Shown one piece after another: positions 57,118 to 64,000 of a stretch of 64,000 bases of DNA (positions are counted from its first letter, which is position 1; each line of letters opens with the position of its first letter). The position numbers and the translations under genes were made by a program. The notes under the pieces were generated by a model, which saw only the letters and a list, made by a program, of their open reading frames with translations, made no database searches and was not told the origin of the DNA. This DNA comes from Strigamia acuminata (Eukaryota), in assembly GCA_949358305.1 (NCBI GenBank), contig OX442314.1, positions 9,548,001-9,612,000 of the forward strand, written 5' to 3'.

Positions 57118-57817
57118 TGAAGTACATTCCTCCAGTACCGTTTTAACTGGAGAGCCGCATCTTGACATCGAAAGAGCCGCATGCGGCTCGCGAGCCGCAG
57201 GTTGCCGACCCCTGGCCTAGTCTGATTACTCAGAACTGTATATAGTTATAGTTGAAGTTCTACTACAAGGAAAAGTAGTTCCCTATAATGCATTTCTGGT
57301 GTTTTGGGTCTTTTTTTATGTATCACTACACAAGTGATATGGCTTGGCCAATGGGAGCCAAGATTCCAGGGCTCTTCTTGAGTGCAGAAAGAGTATAGCT
57401 AGGTAGCTGCCAGATATTCCCGCCAAAATCTCCTCCAAGAATTTCCTCACGATTCTGATTGCCTGTCAAAGTCATATGACCAAAACACCAGCAAGCTTGA
57501 AGCTGGTAAATCAAACTCAGTTTGATCGGAGCGGGTGAGTACGAGCTCGCTTCAAAACAAAGCTTTGAATAGAAACTCAAGCTTGTGTTTGCTCAAGCGG
57601 GCGAGTTTTTAGTCGCTTTTTCAAGTAGAAGCAAGCTTTAAAATTTTACCGTCTCCCTTGTGTTTCCACCTTTAGGATTCTGGAAAGTGTGGTTTTGCAT
57701 TGTAAAACACATCGTATAAGAGAAACTAACGTCAATTAAATAAATTTAAGATGAAATATTGAATACATCCATTAAATCTCAATGGCTGAACAAACTTAAA
57801 ACAGCTAAACTATACTC

Positions 57818-58270
57818 TAACCACATCCAAGGTTGGCCTAACTCCCATTGGCCAAGCCATTTTCACATGTGTAGTGTAAGTATGTCAAAGTAGGCCAAAA
57901 CACCAGAATTGCATTAGATGTACAGACATTGTAATCGATTACCTATTGTTAAGAAATTGTTTGCTTTCCTGACAAAGCAACCAATAAACTTAACAAAAAT
58001 GTATGTTGAAATGAAAACAACATAAAACTTTATCTTACAAATGAAAACAACAAAAACATCTATCTTACAAATGAAAACAACAAAAACATCTATCTTACAA
58101 ATGAAAACAACGTTACACTGTATTGTAGAATCCAATAATAATCCAATAATAATAATAATTAGAATACTTGAAATAATTAAAAATAAACAATAGTACTTTT
58201 CCTTGCAGTAGGAAGTTAGGGGTAATAAGGCTCAGCCAATGGGAGTTAGGCCAACCTTGGATGTGGTTAT
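57818..58270. mobile_element. MITE
   Basis: TIR TAACCACATCCAAGGTTGGCCTAACTCCCATTGGC, inverted at both ends. Confidence 0.75.
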
Positions 58271-60404
58271 GATGGGAAGTTTTTCGTCCAAGAAACTTAC
58301 AACTTCATCTTGCTCAATTTTGAAATGAATATTACATTTGTGACTACAAAACTGACTGAACAGCTGGTCAATAAATAAGCTTTTAAAATATATTCCTGGA
58401 ACATTATAGACTTGTCCAGACTTTCTGGTGGGTAGTCACAACTCACAAATATAAACATTAATTTCAAAATTGAGTAGCATGAAGTTAACAATTTTTATGA
58501 CCTCAATTGCACTATTATAATTATATACCTGCAAGTAATATTTTTCATGAGACATGGAAACAAACAGTCGTGTAAATTGTTATTGCAAGGATTTCTCTTC
58601 GTGTTGAGAAAGTGATACTGAAAGACGATAACTTAAGTTTCAAGTAAATATTTATAAACATCAATTCAGTGCACACATATTTGACATAAATGACAAAAAT
58701 ATTCAATTATGGTTTTTATGTATATGTTGCAAACTTTTTTCTTACTTTTTCTAAACTAGTTTTAGCAATATGTCTAGTTGCTGTCAAATACACTCCCTCT
58801 TTGTCAGTGGTTTCAATACCATTTGCTTTCAGTGGCAAATACACTGCTTCATCAGGGGCATATGCGTGATACATAACTGGCGAAAGATTTATGCTTACCT
58901 GAAAATTTTAAGAACACATTTTAGGAACACAAATTTTATAACTTTATCAACATTAAAACCATACAGGAATTATTGTACAATGTGCTGGAAACTTTAGCTT
59001 AATCACCATCTTGTAATCAGAATTTCCATATGGGAGCCGAAATGCTAATCAACAATAACGAATTTAAAAATAATACTTGTGGATTTATTTTTATTTCTAT
59101 TTTTTTTTTACTTACAACTTAAAATTCGAGCACTAGGCTGCATAATGTTTTCATAATTTTGAATTGTCAGATTAATGCGTGATTTTCCCTGAAAAGGATG
59201 CTCATTTATTATAGAAAGATAGAAAGAAAAATAAAGTGTTACCATTTCAAAGTGCGCATCAGTTATGTAACTAGGTATACTCATATATTGTATAACATCA
59301 GAAAAATTATAAAGACTATTTCTGATTTTGTTGATACCATCACATTTTTCTAAGTGGTCAGTTCTGCCATCCACTTTTGCAAAATATTCATTACATTCCT
59401 TTGTTGTACATGGGAAAAGATAAACGTATGAGAAAATGCCATGTGTTATTTCAATCAGGTGCACATCGACTGCTGTTGGTTCGTCTATGTAATGCAATAT
59501 CCGATCCACGGTTTGGTAAACACACATTGCCAAATTGATGGCTAGTAACGAGAATAACAGACAAGAAGTAATTATATTCTTTTGAAAAATGCTATTCATA
59601 GATGCGATGATTGGTGGTATCTCCGATTGTTCCGACATGATAGTGCCAACAATCTCTCGGATTTTTCGCCTTCTGATTTGCTGAATTTGGTCAAATGGTT
59701 GAAACACAGACATATTTTTGTCTTCTTCTTTCGCTGTTTAAAGAAACTGAATGAATATAAACTTTGATTATATCTATATTCTGAACCGATACAACGTTGA
59801 CCTAATTCCAGCCGTATTACGCCTAACTGCGGACAGTGCTCTACTATGCGGAAAAGTAGTTCTGTGCCAAACCATCACCTTTGACAATAAAACAAGTGTT
59901 GGTAATTGACCACAATGTCTGGAGTTCGATTACAATTCTGGTGTTTTGGGCTACTTTTTTGTGCCACTACACCAGTGATACGACTGGAAATACGACAACG
60001 TTGTGTAACCAAAAATATAATTTACGATCAGTTTGTTTTAATTTACTGCTTTCCTGCAGAGACCATAAAACATATTTTTACTTTCAATGAGTTGAGTCAG
60101 TTTCTTTATTGATTGACTACAAGTGCTTAACATGCAACAAATAGAATAAATTTGTAAGAGATCTGAAATAAAATTTTAGTAATTAAATGCATTTCATTTG
60201 AATTAATTTTACTCATTTTTCAAGCTGATAATTTTTAAATACAGATTTAGCAGTTTGGTAAGAACATAGTAAAGTAAATAAAATATTGATTTCTATTGAG
60301 CATTTACGGCATGCTTAAATATAGTTTTATTTTTCTAAACAGCCTCAAAAAAATTAAATTATTCGAATTATTAAATCATTAAATCTCTGATAACACTGAT
60401 AACA

Positions 60405-60548
60405 AGCGCAGAATAACCAAGCGCGTAATAATCCAAAAATGTCAACAAAGCCCCTACGTTTGAACCAACGCACATGACGACTCGGTGCGTTTGAACAAGC
60501 GCAGTTAAACAATCGCCAAATTAATTACGCGCTTGGTTATTACGCGTT
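60405..60548. repeat. Short inverted-repeat element (MITE-like)
   Basis: AATAACCAAGCGCGTAAT ... ATTACGCGCTTGGTTATT. Confidence 0.55.
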
Positions 60549-61213
60549 AAGTATCACGTCCCGGTGTTGCGTGCGCTACGGCACTGCCACACATGAGTAG
60601 ATGGGAGATTCCGACCCCTAAACAACGATTAAAGGCCAAAACCCAACAATCCGGAATCCCTGTCTCATTCTTACGTGAGTAGGCCTCCCTCCCGTAGTAG
60701 TCAGATCTCCAGACTGTCGCTGGTGAGACCATAACAGTCACAAAAAGAGCAAGTAAATTTATTTACAAAACAACTTTTTTACTTTATTATTATTTATTAA
60801 TATTATTGTTATGTTGTTATTATTAATATTATTGTGCTAAATCAGAAATAGTGTTTACAGAACGTTATGTGGACGTTATGTTGACCTGGCGCCAATTTGA
60901 AAACCGGCATCAATACGAGCCCAGCGCGTATAGAATTTTGGGCCGCTAACTGCCAGGCGCTAAAACGGGGCCGGCGCCAGAATGAACCCAGGCTATTAAA
61001 TGGGGCGGTACGGTAATAATGAACTGCACTTGATATTCAAAATACAATTTTGTGGTCTTCTGCTGACCACTACCCTTTCAATACGATGGTCTTTTGCTGC
61101 TCCCTCAAATGAGTTTTGTTTGAGGGTTTATTAAAATATTAGTTGATAACCACACAGTGAGCACAATATTTAGGCCTTAAAGGTTTGCTGAACGAAGCTT
61201 ATTTGGTGCTTTT

Positions 61214-62091
61214 TAGGGATTGCAGTACCAGACGGTTTTTATGGTACCGGTATTCGGTACTGACTTTTTTTTTCGGTACTATATTCGGTTCCGGTACCGA
61301 ATGAAAAATGAGCACCGGTATTGGGGCCGGTACTACTAGCGAGAGCGGTACTGGCACCGGTATTGGTATCGGTTCTGGATAGTCAATCCATTTCTCAACA
61401 AAAATATTTATTTGTAATGTATAATTAGATAATACTGTAGTACTAAAATTTACTCTTGAAAATATGAACGTAAAAAGCACAAAGAATCCAGAGACTGGTC
61501 ACCCAAGCAGCTAATTATCTTGGTGCAGAAAATTCCAGCTGACGAAAATGCCCGTTCCGATTCCACACTGGTTGGAGGTATTGTCATAAGATACTGGTAG
61601 ATTTTGTCCATCTCTTTAATAAACTTTACAAGTGGCTGACTGATCGTCACTAGACTTTGTGAAATAGTTCCACACTGGATTTTTGTTTATAGAAACTTCC
61701 GGCGTAGACAAGACACTGCCGGAGTAGGAACTTCCGGATTTTGTCCTAATTCAGCCATTTGCCATTATTGCTATTTCCAAGTTAATTTAAAAAAAGAAAC
61801 TGTTTCCAGCTGGAATGAGTACCTAAATAACGAGTGAAATAAAATTTGTCCCCTCCTACATCATTAGAAATGCTGGTAGTAGGTGTTGTTGTGTTGTTTA
61901 TGATGATGGAAAGTACCGGTTCCGGTTCCGGTTCCGGTGTGAGGCACGGTTCCGGTACCAAGAAAAGCTTACGGTACTAGTACCGGCCCTCAGTACCGGC
62001 AGAAAAAAAACCTCGGTACAAAGACTGGTACTGAATCCCGGTACTAATACCGGTCCTGGAACCGATACTGAAACTGGTACTGCAATCCCTA
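61214..62091 (-). mobile_element. Internally deleted hAT transposon
   Basis: TIR TAGGGATTGCAGTACCAG; TSD GTGCTTTT/GTGCTTTG; hATC dimerisation remnant IPPTSVESERAFSSAG (61450-61650). Confidence 0.9.
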
Positions 62092-62101
62092 GTGCTTTGC
62101 G

Positions 62102-63044
62102 CAGTGTTGTATCGAACGCGAACTATTAGTTCACGTTCGCGAACTTAGTTCGTTAGTTCGCGAACTAAGTTCGTTAGTTCGCGAACGAAGATCGTGAACT
62201 AGTTCACTTTTCTAAGTGAACGAAAAAAACGAACTTAGTTCGTTTTTTGAAGCGAACGTAAACGAAGTTCGCGTTCACTTTGGGGCCCGACTAATCGTCG
62301 ATTGTCGGCCGGACGTTTTCTCCTCTCGCGCCCGTCAACTGTCGATTGGCAGGTGTTAGCTGTCGATTGTCGGCCGGACGTTTTCGCCTCTCGCGCCCGT
62401 CGATTGTCGATTGTTGGCCGGGCGTTTTCGGCTTTATTTACTTTATTTACTTTATTTACAGAATAAAAGCATTTGAAAATTTTATTACACTTGTGTTTGC
62501 AGTGACTTTTAATTTTTTAACACTAGTGTAATAAAATTTTAAAATACTTTTATTCTGTAAATAACACTTTTTTAATTAACATAACGTTATTTTATTTACA
62601 AATTATAATAAAAATCATCAAATCAAATCATCAAATAAAATAACATTAAACATTAAACGACGGGCGCGAGAGCCGAAAACGACCGGCCAACAATCGACAA
62701 TCGACGGGCGCGAGAGCCGAAAACGTCCGGCCGACGATCAACGGCTAACGCCCGCCAATCAACGGCTAACGCCCGACGATCAACGGCTAACGCCCGACGA
62801 TCGACGGCCGCGACATTCGTCTGTTGATGATACGTCCACTAGACGTTTTATGTGACAGCCAATTAGAAAATTTTGAAAATTTTGAAAAGTGAACTGAACT
62901 ATTGGTTCAAGTTCGCGAACTAGAACTTAGTTCACTTTGAAAAAATTTGTAGTGAACGCGAACTAGAACTAGTTCACAGTCTTCACACGGTGATGAACGC
63001 AAACTTGAACTAGTTCGCGATTCGATGAACGAGATACAACACTG
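62102..63044. mobile_element. Non-autonomous hAT-type element with a nested palindromic MITE (about 62295-62810)
   Basis: TIR CAGTGTTGTATC; 8-bp TSD GCTTTGCG; subterminal GAACTAGTTC repeats. Confidence 0.85.
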
Positions 63045-64000
63045 GCTTTGCGTGAGGTACACCTTAGCAACACCATTTTAGTGATCAGGTTGTTTTAGTA
63101 ACAGAAATTATTGCTAAAAAAGCGACACTAAAATATCCCCTAAGTTGTCCTAAACTAAATACTTGTTGCAAATCGATTCCATTTTGACCAAGGTAACACA
63201 CTGAGGCACCGGTCAGCTCGACAACCTATCCAACTCACAAAACTACTTCATCTACTATCCATCTGCTGAATCACAAAAAAACAATCTAAAGAACTAACCT
63301 GTTACATTCTCCTATCTACAGTGTACTTTGTGTAGCTTGGACGTAGGACCGGTCACAAAAAGTTGTCTGGACTAACAGGCTGGGAGAGAGAATTTAACAA
63401 TAGTGAGTATAGGTTGTGTCCAGCACATCTGTCTGGATCACACAGTCTACTTGTATATATCCGGATGAGCACTGTCCGATCCGTACAGAGTACACTGTAT
63501 CTTCAATTCAAAATTTGACTTACCGGTTTCTCCAGTTGACGACTTCACGATGGTCACTGAAGTGATCGAATACCGCATAAGTTTAATCTAAATGCAAAAC
63601 ATTTCCTTTCTCTTTCTATGTCATGTTCCAAAAATGAATAATTAACCAAATGTACTGTATATTTTCTAATTTCAAAGAAAATGAATTTTAGACGTTGAAG
63701 TTTCTTGCGTGAGTTTAATCTAAATGCAAAATTCTACATCTGTTATTCATGTTACTTTCCAATGGTGAATAATTCACCAGAAGTACCATCTGTATAATGT
63801 CTAATTTCTAATTTCTAATCTCAAGATTGTCTATTTCCATCTTTCTGCAAAACTCATGCTTTCCGTTAGTTACAAAGATATCGATCATTTATAAAAAAAA
63901 AAAAATTTTATGAGTGGTCATCATAAACATCTGTATAAGAAATAAAATTAAGTGATAAATTTTTATTACATCAGGTTGAGGCACAATTCTTTATACAAGA

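Larger units (their letters stand above)
55321..57214. mobile_element. Non-autonomous hAT (Charlie/Buster-type) element
   Basis: TIR CAGGGGTCGGCAACC; 8-bp TSD GCCTAGTC. Confidence 0.9.
55261..57400. mobile_element. Second-layer MITE
   Basis: Inverted repeats AGCTATACTCTTTCCGCACTCAAGAAGAGCCCTGGA / TCCAGGGCTCTTCTTGAGTGCAGAAAGAGTATAGCT. Confidence 0.7.
55142..57671. mobile_element. PIF/Harbinger-like MITE (outer layer of the nest)
   Basis: TIR AGGTGGAAAYACAAGGGAGASGGTAAAATT with TTA on both flanks. Confidence 0.7.
38765..59713 (-). pseudogene. Divergent DEG/ENaC (pickpocket/ASIC-like) locus with two subunit-length units, disrupted
   Basis: Unit 1: TM1 ...MCVYQTVDRILHYIDEPTAVDV (59500), CKCPNLC, and TM2 LLCDIGGNIGLYFGISCLSLVEI (54750). 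Unit 2: TM1 ...ICQVYASIKTYFDYP..FP (54520), CSCPARC, and TM2 LLCQIGSIISIFTGLS (38870). Lesions: exonic LTR insertion, an apparent in-frame TAA at about 55055 and a frameshift at about 54586. Confidence 0.8.

Noticed and set aside
63300..63500. Possible minus-strand exon
   Set aside because: All three frames contain stops and no family was recognised

Overview
AT-rich, intron-containing animal DNA, probably arthropod (inference from gene and transposon content). It holds three related Ty3/gypsy LTR retrotransposons. Element A (9323-23340, minus) and element B (41991-54378, plus) look complete, each with apparently identical LTRs, a 4-bp TSD, a tRNA PBS and a -1 gag-pol frameshift signal. Element C is represented only by its 3' end (LTR 4860-5867). 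Each element has a large third ORF in the env position that does not look like Env. The ORF3s of B and C are clearly homologous and appear spliced from internal promoters, while the ORF3 of A is an unrelated Cys/His-cluster protein. A Gag-like ORF runs antisense off the left edge, divergent from ORF3 of C. The centre carries a head-to-head kinetochore gene pair with ATGs about 240 bp apart: KNL1 (SILK/RVSF/MELT, minus) and KNL2/M18BP1 (SANTA/CENPC-k, plus). Deleted duplicate copies of that locus lie to its left. The right half has a tRNA-Thr(CGT) and a decayed DEG/ENaC locus that appears to encode two channel subunits in tandem, interrupted by element B, a Tc3-like element and a multi-layer nest of DNA transposons. 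hAT remnants and 20/21/30-bp satellites are also present. Exon coordinates were read by eye and no searches were run.
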